Shown: positions 13,006 through 24,812 of the stretch, in pieces | Layout of the letters: every line of letters starts with the position of its first letter | How positions within the stretch are numbered: position 1 is the stretch's first letter | NCBI GenBank assembly: GCA_977017645.1 | Contig: OZ360220.1 | Span: 246,574,001 to 246,638,000 of the forward strand | Reading direction: 5' to 3' | Source of the DNA: Torpedo marmorata | Taxonomy: Eukaryota | Length of the DNA stretch: 64,000 nt | Position numbers and translations under genes: made by a program | The notes under the pieces: generated by a model | The model's database searches: none | Seen by the model: the letters and a program-made list of their open reading frames with translations, nothing else | What the model was told of the DNA's origin: nothing

Positions 13006-13237
13006 ATAAAGGTAAAGGTTCCATTATTGTTACGTAATACTACATTTAGAATGTAACATACATGAAATTCTTTAATTTTTGTCTACCGTAAGGCAGACAG
13101 AGGGTCACTACTTTGTCCAGTAAAAACCTACAGCACCTGGTATTCCTTGGCGGTCTCCCCTCCAAGTACTGACCAGTCCTGTGCCTGCTTAGCTTCCGAG
13201 ATCAGACAATCCCAGTCGTATTCAGGCTATTGGTGCT
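13006..13237 (-). mobile_element. 5S rRNA-derived SINE (SINE3), copy 1
   Basis: Reverse complement reads gtctgatctcggaagctaagcagg...ctggtcagtacttggaggggagaccgcc..ggaatacca ggtgctgtagg, i.e. a 5S head with box A/C. A ~115-bp non-5S tail follows, ending (ACCTTT)n. A near-identical copy is at 61326. Confidence 0.92.
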
Positions 13238-13291
13238 TAGATGAACCCTTCTTCCTTGAGTATGGATCTTGCATGACATTCTCATTGCAGC

Positions 13292-14234
13292 TGTTACAAA
13301 TTCAAACCAGCAACGACAGAAGACGCAATGCAAAAGGGGTAAAATTGAAATTTATATTTATTAAAGACAATTAAACATATAATTTCACAACAATTAACCC
13401 CACTATAAACGTCTATAAACACTATTCTTATCTAAAAAGTGTGTGTGTGTGTAAAGCCCAGACCATTACAGTCTGTGCCCAACCCTCATGTAAAAAAAAA
13501 ATGGAAAAACCTTCCCCAAAACCCCCAGGTCAGTCATAAAAACAAGTCAGTCCCAAAAATACAGTCCACAAAAATTCACTCTCTATGTTCAGGGTCCAAA
13601 TTCAACTCTGTGTGCTGTCAAGAAGGACTTCTTAATGAACATTGGAGAGAGAGACAATGACTGTTTATGCTTACAAATGCTTGGCTTGCTTTTCTTCTCT
13701 GATGACTTTCCCTTCTGGTAGTTTCACAAGGATTGCGACTCCAAATCCGTTTTGGATTGAGGCGTATACTTGGATCTCACAGCCTGTTCTTCACAAAAGT
13801 TGCCTTCAACTCAGGATTTTGCTGAATCACCAAGGCCTTGTTTTCTCCCAACCTTTTCCCCTGGGATGCACAAGCCTGGATTTTTCTGATTCAGGAGGCT
13901 CTGTGTTCTTCTCCCAACCTTTTCTCTGGGATGCACAAGCCTGAATTTTGCTGGGTTCTCCCGCCGTTGCAACTCCAAAACTGCCACTGATTCAGTTTTC
14001 CACAACTGAACTTTAAGGCCTTCCTGCAGAGGTCTTCACCTGCCTTTTTTCAAAAGTCCAACCAAGTAAATATCTTTTTCACAGTCTGTCTCCCCCTGGT
14101 GTCTCTCTCTGGTAAGTACAAGAAGTCCTGGGCAAGTTAACTCTTTCAGTACCAGGTCCCAGTATGTACTCCAAAAGACTTCATCCTTCCTGCTGACCAT
14201 CCACAGTCCAAATGGTCAGTCATGGTCCATAACA
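13292..14234 (-). mobile_element. Solo LTR (943 bp)
   Basis: Termini TGTTA...TAACA with a 4-bp TSD CAGC (13288-91, 14235-38). Minus-strand AATAAA at 13357-62 gives the orientation. Internal ~60-bp duplication at 13815-13945. Confidence 0.8.
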
Positions 14235-14339
14235 CAGCAGGGAGCAACAAGTGACAGAAATCAATAGCAATAGCCTGGAACAGTCCTGAGGTTACGGGTG
14301 ACCATGTGCTTGACATCTGTAGCATGGTCAATCCACATA

Positions 14340-15065
14340 CAGTAAAATCCCCGGTATCTGGAGTTCAAGCAACTGGCAAAAAAAATCGAGGAAATAAATG
14401 CATTTTAAAAATTAAAATAAATAATAAATAAGATTTTAAATAAAAGTTTAAAATTGTGAAAGTAAATGTTCTCCAAAGCAACACACAACCCCTTGGTAAA
14501 GATGGGAGCAAACATTCAGCCAGCAGAGCACCTCGGTCGTGCCCCGTCCACAGCAGCTGTTTGAATAAAGTTTCAATAAAGTTGCGTTTGAATAAAATGG
14601 CGGCGCCCAGGATGAAGAGCCGGCCGATGCCGCTGGGGTGACTCTCCCAAAGTGTCTCCCTTTCCCTGCCTAGTAAGAGTCTTTAACTTTATTAGTATAT
14701 TATTGTATATTAGTGAGGCTTTATCTGTAAACTTGGGGGAGGGGGGAATTAATTATGATGGTGGCATGGTTATGCATAGTGGTTAGCGCAATGCTGTTAC
14801 AGCGCCAGCGACCGGGGTTCGAATTTAAATTTTGTAAGTTACGGGAATTACCTGATTAAAGTGAACTTTACATAATTAAGGACTACAATACTAATTCTTT
14901 TTTCAAATTACTTTACATTTTGCACTGTCTTTTGTTTTTTAAACTTTTGTTTCTTAATGCAAGTGTATTAGTTAGGCATTTTAAGACTGTATCTCAGGCA
15001 ACCAGAAAATTCGCAAATCCGTCATCTGCAATCCCCATAAGTGACGGATTCTGGGGATTTTACTG
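14340..15065. mobile_element. Tigger-type MITE, third family
   Basis: TIR CAGTAAAATCCCCGGTATCTG versus reverse complement CAGTAAAATCCCCAGAATCCG. TA TSD (14338-39, 15066-67). Contains a tRNA-SINE head at ~14760-14826. Confidence 0.9.
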
Positions 15066-15290
15066 TATTTGAATCTGTCTATGAGATACCAGCAAGTCAC
15101 TGAACTCATGAGGACAAAAATGCAAATGAGTGATGGTCCTTTGAATAAAATATACTCAGGGGAAAGGGAATTATTATAAACTAATTTCTCCATGAGCAAT
15201 TAAGAACTGTTGTTCTTGAGGCCATTATACCGTAATTTAAATCAAAATGAAATTTGGGAGATGCGTTGTTGACTATTTGGGAGAGGATGC

Positions 15291-15831
15291 AAGAAGCCCA
15301 GCAGCGTCTTTACTTCCTGCGAAGGCTGAGGAAAGTTCATCTTCCGCCCCCTATCCTTACGACATTCTACAGGGGATGTATTGAGAGTATTCTGAGCAAT
15401 TGCATCACCGCTTGGTTTGGAAACTGTACCATCTCGGACCGAAAGACCCTGCAGAGGATAGTGGGGTCAGCGGAGAAAATTATTGGTGTCTCTCTCCCCA
15501 CCATGACGGACATCTACAACACACGATGCATGAGGAAGGCTAAAAACATTGTGAAGGACTTCTCACACCCCTTTGTTAAACTTTTTTCCCTTTTGCCATC
15601 TGGAAAGAGGTACCGAAGCACTCAGGCTCGTACGTCCAGACTGTGCAACAGTTTTTCCCCCAAGCCATCAGGCTCCTCAATTCCTAGATATATATGTGCA
15701 TTAGCATGTTATAGTTTTTTATTGTATTATGATATTTATGTACATCTGCCCATGGTCCTGGAGAAACGCTATCTCGTCTTACTGTGTATATGGTAATGAA
15801 CGACAAATAAACTCGACTTGACTTGACTTGA
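15291..15831 (+). mobile_element. Rex/Babar-type LINE 3' fragment (different family)
   Basis: EAQQRLYFLRRLRK...FYRGCIESILSNCITAWFG...[10 protein letters not shown]. Tail aataaa-(GACTT)n. Confidence 0.88.
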
Positions 15832-17792
15832 GGTGGTTATGATTTTTAAAAAAGTAACTAGAATTCCATCTGGAATCTCAAATTTCCCACAGGATGTGAG
15901 GAGGCCTGGATATGGACACAGTTGTGTTCTGCTCCAAGTTAATCTAATTTTCGGTTTCATTGCTCAGTTATTTTTGGATTGTGAGATGGTATTTCTTAGG
16001 CCACTGTCTTTCTCGTCATATAAGCATTTAATGCAGTTTTGTCAAAATTCAGTATCAAAGATTTAATTTGGAAAAAGTCGTGAAGCAAGCAGGTTATGGT
16101 TACAGGAGGGTACATTTCAAGGTATTTTTGTTACCTCTTGGGAATCCAATGTCCCCAGTTGGGGGTTGGTTCTTCCAGCTAAAGATCCATGGCGTCAACA
16201 CTGTGTGATCTGAGGTTTCTGCCACTAAAGTTACATCAAACAAGTTGAAGAATTCCTGAGATTTACCCAAAAGATATCAGTAAGACATTTGACTGAAGGG
16301 AATTGCATGTCATTGTAGCTAAGTCTGGTGCTTTTCCCACCTGACATCTTCACAAAAGCTCTCGAGTTCATTTAGCAGGTTGAGCGTTGCAAATTGTAAA
16401 TGAAACAGTGATTTGACTATTATTAGGCAAGGTGAGCTAATTTTTACAGAAGCACATGATGATAACAATGTTCAGTTAAGACTGCATTATTATCATGCTT
16501 ACTGTACCATGGGAGAAATTCCTTAGCTCTGAAATTAATCCATGGAAATGATAAGAAACAGCCTCATACTAAAATGGTCGTCTATTTGTTTTCCTCCTCC
16601 CTCAATTTGTTTTCAAATGAAGTAATTTGGTTACTGCCAGTTTTCAATCTACCAGTATTTGGAAAAGTTAAAATTTATCCCCTTTCTCTATTAATTTTCT
16701 TTTGTTTTTGCTGAGAGATCAAGTGATCTGGGTAATCATCACCACCCCATTTTATCCAGCTAAAACAAAAAAAAATCTGTTTAGAGCATTCTGAATATGT
16801 GCCTGCTTAAGTATTCAAATAACTGTTTATATTTTACCCTCTGTTTGCCTTGGAAACTAAGCCTTAAAGCCCTTTCCGCTTAAAACATTTTTCATTCTAG
16901 ATATTATAACATACATTTTTAGATATAGACAGACTTAGATTTAGAGTTAGATATATTGTAATCAATCTTCCATGCAATGTGTAGTTAATTTATCACAAAA
17001 ATAAACAAAATCAGGGGAAAACAATAAGGCATTAGCCTCTTTGAACGAAGATATGCGAGACAGATCTAAAGTGAACATCTACAGCAAGCAATTCTTATTT
17101 TAAAAAAATGACACTTTGCTCTCCTTACCCATATTCAAAATTGGTGGAACAATATATTTGAGTTAAACTTAAGGTCTCAATTGTGGTGAGATCCTGTTCT
17201 CACATTTACACTGTTATGAAGCAACTGAGAATAAATTCCAGTGAGCTATTTGTGTGGTTGCTGAGAGAATTACATCACAAAACATGGACCTCCAGCTGCT
17301 TAGTTCAAAGTAGCATTGGCAGAGTAGCCTGGCAGCAGTGGAATGGGAGCTCTTGGGTTCACCTAAGCTGGTATGTGGAGACTTTTGGGAAGCTATGCAT
17401 GTGTTATATCCTGGAAATTGCCAACAAATTAACAAATAACTGATGGTATTTCAGCATGCTGCATTTGCTGGGATATTGAATGTAGTATTGTAGTTTTTTG
17501 AAGAATGATTTTTGTTATTTGCTCTGTTGGAAGCTGTGGAGATGTCATCATTTAATTGAGCTCAGTCATTCTTCAAGGACCTGAATTTGAGCGAGGATCA
17601 CATAATCCACTGTCACTCCAATTTTGTCAAGAGTATCTCAAGTTATAAGCAAAGCTTTTTGGTTTCGATACAGATTAAGAAAATCCATTAGCAAATTATA
17701 TTTTTAAATGGAGGACCAACCACAGTTTGTCCAAGAGATCAAAATTAATAACATACAGGAACATTATCTATTGATTATCTTCTCCCACTATA

Positions 17793-17864
17793 ATTAAATT
17801 TAAATTTTGACATACAGGATGGTAACATGCCCTACCGGTTCACAAGCTCGTGCTGCCCAAATAC
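17793..17864 (-). mobile_element. V-SINE 3' end fragment
   Basis: Matches the 3' end of the SINEs at 19500 and 21764 (AAATT tail, gctcgtgctgcccaaatac). Confidence 0.6.
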
Positions 17865-19217
17865 ATTATTTGTATAATTCTAACTTGGCTGTCTGTTCCC
17901 AGAATACATGGTGGGCTTAGACCAGCACCCCCCCCCCCCCCACCAACACCATCATTTGACACATCAAGTAAATAGAACTCATGAGTTGTTTTCTTTTTTG
18001 TTAAGAATGACAAAGCTAAGTTTTCTGAGCAGCAAGGTTCATGAATGACTACTGGAGTGATTTCATCTCTGCACCTGATTGGGTGAAGTTGTACTCAGCA
18101 AGACTTCATGTCACAATCAGTTGCTCACAGATATTAACACCATTGATTCCGGGATGCTTTGTAATCAGATGTAAGCTCTATGTAGACAATTATTAATATT
18201 CATTTTTCTAGCTCAGTGCATGATGCTTGTTTAATTTACTCTCATTGATAAGTAACTAATTGTACATCCACTGTCTACTTCCTCCTTTGTAATACACTGT
18301 ATTGAAAATTTGAAATTTGTTTTTCCTGTCACAGAATCTACCCAGGTCACACAGTCCCTCCAGCCAAGGAAAAAGGCTGCAGGCTTGTATTTGTATCTCT
18401 GGTTTAAAGAATGGTTAGAAGACAGTCTAAATGCTATTGGATCTCCAAGGCCTGTTTGTAGTTTGAAACAGGCTAGTTTTTGCAGCAATTTCAGTGTAAA
18501 GTAAAAATCGTGCAGTTTTCTCATTTCATGGACTCACATTCCGTGCCCTAAATTTGGTCAGCTTCCTTGACATGCTACTGAATAATGCACCGTCTTTTTC
18601 CTTAATCTTTCCATGTAGGAGGCATTCAGTTTGTTTGCAGCTCTGAAAATTATAACTAAACTAAGACCTTTGTATTTCGGAAATCTCTGGACATTAACTG
18701 TGTCCACTAATTGATAAACTTCAACTTCTGATGCATCAATCTATAGACATTAATGTCAGTTTATTCTGCCTCACCATGGACTCAAAGAATAAATTTATCA
18801 TTCCATTGTCATTCCATTATTTTGTTGCTCTAATGCCATGATGTTCAGATCCTTTTCCATATTCACATTGCTTATTGACCAGCTTTAAAAATACCATACA
18901 GTTAATATTTGACAAAGGATGAAACAACACATTAAACTACTGAGATGTACCCGGGGACTTGCTGGTGTGTTATTTCATTTGGTACAAATTGTGAAATTAA
19001 CTATCCCAGATTCTTGGAATAACCTGCATCATTTCCATTTCATCTCATGTTTGGGGTAAATAGACTCAGCACAAAAGAGAGTTTCCAGAAGTTCAGATTG
19101 GGACAAGTAAAATATCCAATAGCATTTCAAGTTCAATTGTAAGTGTTGAAACCTTGCTGCTGAATATCAAATTAAGTAGAAAAGGTGATTCTTTAAAACT
19201 CTACATGAGATCTAAAT

Positions 19218-19428
19218 GAGCCATTCTTGATCTTTTTTGGCCCCCTTAGGACTCAAGGTTTATGGGCCCCCTTCCCTGTGAAGCAGTCAAGTTTAGTTGG
19301 TTTCTTCTGTAATTCTCTCCTACCATTAAAAAAAAACAAAAAATATTTTATGATTTCAGTCCGTGACCCTCCTTAAATGTGCTGTGGGCCTCCAGGGGTG
19401 GCTGTATGGCCCCCGTTGAGAATGGTCG
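19218..19428. mobile_element. hAT (Charlie-like) MITE
   Basis: Perfect 8-bp TSD ATCTAAAT (19210-17, 19429-36) fits the nTCTAnAn target. Degenerate TIRs gagccattcttga / gttgagaatggtcg. Confidence 0.75.
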
Positions 19429-19499
19429 ATCTAAATTGATGTTGCAGCCCTAATCTAGGCATTTTACAGTATTCTGAATTATGCCCTTGCCATACATAC

Positions 19500-19752
19500 A
19501 AGGAGGTTTAGCGTAGCAGTTAGCACAACACTATTGCAGCGCCAGCGGCTCAGGTTCAAATTCAGCGCTGTCTGTAAGGATTTTGTTAGTTCTCCCCATG
19601 TCCACATGGGTTTCCTCCGGGTGCTCCAGTTTCCTCCCACGTTCCAAAGACGAACAGAGATGGTAGGTTGATTGGTCACATGGGTGCATTTGGCGGCGCA
19701 GGCTCGTGGGCCAGAATGATCTGTTACTGTGTTGTTTCTCTAAATTAAATTA
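19500..19752 (+). mobile_element. tRNA-derived V-SINE (HE1-like)
   Basis: A/B-box-like head (tagcgtagcagttagc...ggttcaaattc), V-domain core gggtttcctccgggtgctccagtttcctcccac, and (TAAAT)n tail. Confidence 0.88.
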
Positions 19753-21763
19753 GTCTAGGACGATGTTGAAACAATGATCCTTTTGTGGAAAAAATTCCCA
19801 TGACCACTCCCCACTCCATCCCTATGATGTTCTCTAACGCATGTTTCAATCATTCATGCATATTTGCATCTGCTTATCTTGGTCCCTGAGTTAGCATGTC
19901 CCTATTCTCTGGAACTCTTCCCCTAAACTTCTTTGTTCTGTCACCTCCACCTCAAAGACCAGCTTCAAAACTCATTTTGTTGTCTTCCTAAACTTTGCTT
20001 CTATTTTCTGCTCAAGTGGTTTCACTCGAACCTCATTTAACTTGTAAAGTGCTATGTAAGTGTAAGTTAAATTTGGCATCAAAGCTTCAATAACTAACAG
20101 CCAGTTAAAACCTTTAATAACAACAGGTTTTAGAAATCTGAGGAAAATATGATTTCATCTTGCCAGGGCAAATGTATACGTCGTTGCCTATTTTAACATT
20201 TTGTGACAATACAGAATGCAGCACTGATTTTGATGCTTTATATCTGTCCTGATCAGGGTAGATGCACACGAGACATCTGATTCAATAGCTTCTGTTCACA
20301 GTTACCCAAAATACGGATCACCCATTGGATCAAAATGAATGACCTTTAATGGGCAAAAATATAATTTCCATTGGCAGTGAAAGATTTTACTTTTAAATAC
20401 ATTAATTTAAAAATATTGTTTTAAAAATGCCACAGACAAAGCAAGTGTTCAGCTAAGTTGCCTTTTCTAAAATCTAGCTGAGTTATAAAGGAAATTGAAT
20501 CACTGCAATCTGTAACAATTATGCTGTAACTCCCACATGAAGCAGCTGAGTGGTGTGGCTTATTTCCACATTGCCATGCCATTTGACTGCTGCAGTGATG
20601 AGCAATAAATGTGCTAAATACTCGAGTATTTGTCAGCGACAACAGTATGTGATCTTGTTCCGTGTACTGAATTTCTATTAGCAGTTCAGCCTGAGGCAAC
20701 TTTCCAGTCAGGCTAAGTTTAGGCTTTGTTTGAAGTGCAGTTTGGTCAATATTTTTAACAGTCTTTATTTCTACACATAATCAGGACTCATGTAGATAAA
20801 ATGCAGTAGGGTGGAGGTCACCAGCCATTAATTACCCTTTGCCCTCTGCCTGATTATTCCTTTTAGCATCCAGTCCTGACTAAATAAATCTGAGTTGTTG
20901 GCTTTCACATGTATTTGGATCAATGAGAGTGACGAGGTAACCAAAGTCAGCTGAAGCAAGTATTTTCAACAGGAAAATAAAAACTAAAAACTTTAAAATA
21001 CTGCATTTAAGGAGCTATGTTTGTCTACCGCATACATGAGTGCGCATGCAGTATGCAGAACAAACTGAAGTCCTTATTTTATTTAGCATACCCTGCTAAA
21101 TTAAGTAGGGTGGAGAAGGGGCTTGGGGGAGGGAAGTTAAATAAATATTCTCATGAATGCTGGAAGTGGGCTACGCATACTGACGTTGGCCTCATTTTTA
21201 TTCCAATCTTTTTTTTCTACTGAAGCTGTCACATCCATCTGATTCATTCCTGCTGTAACATTTCATTATAATGTACAATTCTGGCCTCCCAGTTTTTCTT
21301 AGTGGGCGTCAAGGGGCTAAGGAATTAGATTTTTCTTTCACTTTGACTGATGCAAAACAGTTTTATGACAACAATCATACGAGTTACTGGGGCTTTTCAA
21401 ATGAATGTTTGTATTATCCACCAGTGTGGGATGACACCTTGCCATTATGGAATTAATCTGTTTTCCTGCTGCTGTATCATCAAGTATCAAAGTAACATGT
21501 CGCAAGAATTGGCTATACTTACTGGAAAAACGATACCAAATATTTTAGAGCTATGCACGAAATTCCTAAGTAACTAAGGCTTTTAAAAAAGGCGCAGGTT
21601 GGTTGTTATTTTTTTAAATGTTAGCTCTATCCCCTGCCAGTCCACACCAAGATTTACAAAGATAGTCCTTGGGCTGTGCAACCAATTTGCTCAGAATAAG
21701 TATATTAGTCACTTAAAAATTAAAGGGAGGATGTGTGCTAAATATTTATTCCATCTTCCTGGG

Positions 21764-21980
21764 TTAATTTTAATTTCGAGATATAGCCTGTAACAAGGCC
21801 TGGCCCATGAGCCCGCGCTGCCCAATTACACCCATGTGACCAACTAACTACTAACCCCAAATGTTTTTGGAATGTTGGGAGAAACCGGAGCGCCCTGAGG
21901 GAAGCCCAGGCGATCACAGGGAGAACATACAAACTTCTTACAGACAGTGGTGGATTTGAACCTGGCTCATTGGCTGTTAT
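21764..21980 (-). mobile_element. tRNA-derived V-SINE (HE1-like)
   Basis: Reverse complement of the V-domain (gggagaaaccggagcgccctgaggg), B box (ggatttgaacc) and AATT tail. Confidence 0.85.
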
Positions 21981-22642
21981 CCCTGACTAATTAATCAGTC
22001 AAAAATGGAGAAGAGTCAGGATAAAGTAACTGAAATGAATGATTTATCTTTGCTTAGCATCTCATTGAACATCCTTACCTGTGACTAAAGTAGACATTTT
22101 GTGAAAATGGGCGAGGGGGGTGGAATCCTTTGATTATGTTGAGGGATTTTTATGTACAGCCTCATCAAAAAAGGAAGCTTCTTTGAAACCTTAGAATCCA
22201 GCTTCATGGTAATCTGTAACACTTCTTCAACCAAAGACAAACTCCAACCTGCTCCCTCCAAAACTCCCTCGTCCACTCATCCCTCCTCGATACCTACCCC
22301 TGTGACTGCAAGAAATGCTACACGTACACCATGCCCTTTACCACCATTCGGGGCCCCAAACAGTCCTTCCAAATGAAGCAACATTTCACTTGTGAATCTG
22401 CAGAGGTCATCTACTGCATCCAGTGCTTGTTTAGTGGCCTTTACATCGGAGAGACTGGACGCAGACTGGGAGATCGTTTCGTTGAGCACTTTCGCTCTGT
22501 CCGCTGCAATAACAGGGATCTCCCAGTGGCCAACCATTTTAACTCCACACACCAGTCCCACACTGACATGTCTATCCAAGGCCTCATGCACTGCCAAGCT
22601 GAGGCTACCTGCAAATTGGAGGAACAACACCTAATATTCTGA

Positions 22643-23621
22643 AGTAAAACACGAAAATCTGTAGACACTGTGGTTGAAGTAAAAAACACACATGCTGGAG
22701 AAACTCAGCAGGTCAAACATTTCCCGCTCATCTGTCCTTGCCCCCAGACGCAACAAACATAGAATCCCCCTCATCCTCACCTACCAGCCTCCGCATCCAA
22801 CACATTATCCGCCGGAATTTCCGGCACTTACTACAGGGTCCCACCACCAGACACATTTTTCCTTCTCCTCCCCTCTCTGCCTTCCGCAGGGACCACTCCC
22901 TCCGCGATTCCCTCGTGCACTCATCCCTCCCCACCCATCGCACCCCCGGCACCTTCCCCTGTGCCCGCAGGAGTTGCAACACCTGCGCCCACACCTCACC
23001 ACGGTCCGGGGCCCCAAACAGGCCTTTCAAGTGAAACTACACTTCACTTGTACATCCAGAGAACTTATTTACTGCTCCCTTTGTGGCTTTCTCTACATCG
23101 GAGAGACCGGTCGTAGATTGGGAGATCGCTTTGCTGAGCACCTCCTCTCTGTCCGCAACAACCGCGACCTCCCAGTAGCCAGCCATTTCAATTCCGAGTC
23201 ACACTCCCACACTCACATGTCTGTCCATGGCCTTATGTACTATCCCACCCAGACTACCCGCAAATTGGAGGAACAACATCTCATTTTCCGTTTGGGCACT
23301 CTCCAGCCAGGTGGCATTAAATTGACTTTTCTGCTTTCCACTAAACCTGCTTTCCTTCCCCTCCCCCCTCACCTGTCCTTCCTGTTTTTTTCCACCCACC
23401 CAGCCATCCCTCCTCCCCCTCTTTGCTGCTGTCCCCTCCCTCCTTTCTCCACCTATCATCTCCTGCCTTTGCCACCCCCCCTCACTCATTTGTTCGGACG
23501 CCTGCCGGCATTTTCTCATACTTTGATGAAGGGCTCAAGCCTGAAACGTCGGTTATGTATTTCTACCTTTGCTACATAAAAGACACTGACCTGCTGAGTT
23601 TCTCCAGAATTTGTGTTTTTT
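22643..23621 (+). mobile_element. Nested Penelope-like element with inverted terminal segment
   Basis: 14-bp TSD ACCTAATATTCTGA (22629-42, 23622-35). GIY-YIG ELIYCSLCGFLYIGETGRRLGDRFAEH. 35-bp inverted repeat 22681-22715 / 23587-23621. Confidence 0.93.
23519..23553 (+). ncRNA. Minimal hammerhead-ribozyme-like motif in Penelope pLTR (non-canonical)
   Basis: TTGATGA-A-GGGC(TCAA)GCCT-GAAA-CG-TC has a UGAUGA box, a 4-bp stem II, a GAAA box, a palindromic ACGT stem III and GUC. The core C3 is U. Penelope pLTRs are known to carry minimal hammerheads. Confidence 0.55.
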
Positions 23622-24812
23622 ACCTAATATTCTGACTTGGCACTCTCCAACCAGGTGGCATTAACGTCAACCCCCTGAGTCTCTCTCTTTCCCTATCCCT
23701 CTCTCCTTTCCTCCAGATCCCTACCCCCTTCTCTCTCCATTCAGAGAGCTACACCCACTCCCCCCATCACCTCAGCATTTTTCTCTTTACCCTCCCACCC
23801 ATATTCATGTATGACCCTTACCTATCAGCCTGTACTCCTCCCCCTGCCCCATCCTCCCTCCTCTCCTCTCCCCACCATTTATTAAAAGCAGGTGCCTGCC
23901 TGCTTTTAGCTCCTACCTTGACGAAGGCCTTAGGCTCAAAGTTGGTTACCCTTTACTTCCTATAGATGCTGCGTGACCTGCTGAGTTTCTCCAGCACTTT
24001 TGTGTATTGCAGAAACTCCCCACAAATTAGTGTGACATTTGAACTGCCAGACTCCATAAGATAGTGTGAACATTCATTAGAAACATAACCACGCTGCTTT
24101 GGGCCTGAAAACTCATGCATCTGCTGAAGATGCCACATGTTTTGCACATTCTCAAGGACAGGCCAGTGTTCTTCCTGACCTCACAATTATGGAGCAGATC
24201 CCAGGTCATTAATTTAACAACCTTTTACTCCAATATTTTCAGATTTGTCCAAAGCCTGACCTGTTCCTTTATAAAAATTTTAACTTTGTAAACTTGACCA
24301 TTTATATCATTAACTTGAGTCCGCTTTTGAATCTTGGTGAGGCTCCACATTTCAGTTAAAAAACACCACAGTAGAAACTCAGGCAGGTCAGTTATTCCAT
24401 ATGTGAAGTTGAAATATTGTACAATCAAGCAGAGAGAGAGAGGATGGATTTGAGTTTGGATAGTGTGAATGTACCAATTTCAGATCAGAATCTAGTGGAT
24501 TAATCCTTGGTAAATCAAACTAAAAAAAAAATTTTTTTTAACCCCATTCCATTGATTTCAAAACCTTTCTCCTAATGTATGTGTAATTGCTATATAAAGA
24601 TATCTGAATTTTTGTTTGAAGGATGATTTCTATTCTTACTCTTTCACTCTATTCTTTAAAAAAATCAAGATCAGAAATGATTGCCGTGGCTATCAGTGAA
24701 AATTGTTGTTTTGGATTGCTTGTAAAAATTGTATTTTTTAACAAATCTAGATCATGATTTTTTTCTGATAGAATATAAATTTTGTTTTTTTGGAGGGCAA
24801 TATTCTGTTTAT

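Larger units (their letters stand above)
22205..24010 (+). mobile_element. Penelope-like element (host copy), split by a nested insertion
   Basis: GIY-YIG endonuclease EVIYCIQCLFSGLYIGETGRRLGDRFVEH...LEEQHLIF at 22331-22642. The sequence resumes (LGTLQPGGINV) at 23636, followed by a pyrimidine tract and a terminal repeat at 23917-24005. Confidence 0.88.

Noticed and set aside
13120-13237. Functional 5S rRNA gene (also 61450-61566)
   Set aside because: The 5' end is altered, there are substitutions in the helices, it is fused to a retroposon tail, and it is dispersed rather than tandem. It is a SINE head.
14760-14826. tRNA gene
   Set aside because: A/B boxes are present but there is no full cloverleaf, and it matches the V-SINE head at 19500.
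21041-21190. NRF1-like TGCGCATGCA plus half CRE as an intronic promoter
   Set aside because: Only partial motifs, with no CpG island or other support.
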